Shown here in pieces: positions 63,819-64,000 of a stretch of DNA of 64,000 nucleotides; within the stretch, counting starts at the first letter, position 1, and the number at the start of each line of letters is the position of its first letter. The notes beneath the pieces were generated by a model. It was not told where the DNA came from, searched no databases, and saw nothing but the letters and a program-made list of their open reading frames with translations. The translations under genes and the position numbers were made by a program. Origin of the DNA: Massalongia carnosa (taxonomy: Eukaryota); the NCBI GenBank assembly GCA_965645245.1, contig OZ287085.1, forward strand, positions 744,001 to 808,000. The letters are read 5' to 3'.

Positions 63819-64000
63819 CGTGTGATTGATGACTATGTCTTTTCTGACTCTGTGTTTCCTCGATTCTATTTAACAGGCCGGGCATATTAAAATAGGATAT
63901 TGTTATTCTACTCCGAGATGGAGTTTTCTTGAGGTGACAGCATTCGCCCCGGGGTCTTCACGCGTTCTGATGATCCCAGCGGATGATTGCATAGCGAGAC
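63819..64000 (-). mobile_element. NC copy 4, partial, runs off the window
   Basis: Matches ~33115-33296 and ~60523-60688. Confidence 0.88.

Overview
Eukaryotic, almost certainly fungal, transposon nest with no host genes, tRNAs or rRNAs. A powdery-mildew-like ascomycete is a plausible source (inference from Tad1-like LINEs, Fot1/pogo elements and the lack of a RIP signature). Most of the window is copies of one AT-rich Tad1/I-group LINE family ('LINE-A': CCHC ORF1; APE-RT-RNaseH-CCHC ORF2; three ORF1/5'UTR variants), nested in each other with 13-15 bp TSDs. Also present are one intact GC-richer LINE ('LINE-B', 2521-7976), a pogo/Fot1 element nested in a related pogo element, a degenerate Ty1/copia element with an unusual leader, and one clear plus one tentative solo LTR. 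The most interesting signal is a ~1.9 kb non-coding element ('NC') seen four times. It has a fixed 3' end (...CTCTATTTTATCATTCTTAG), four exactly 30-nt B-box-containing repeats and two minisatellites, with no poly(A) or LINE-like tail. In all three copies with a visible 3' end it is fused in the same orientation to a differently 5'-truncated LINE-A, and in two copies one TSD encloses both parts. This suggests a passenger RNA mobilised by LINE reverse-transcriptase template switching. Coordinates were read by eye and may be off by a few bases.
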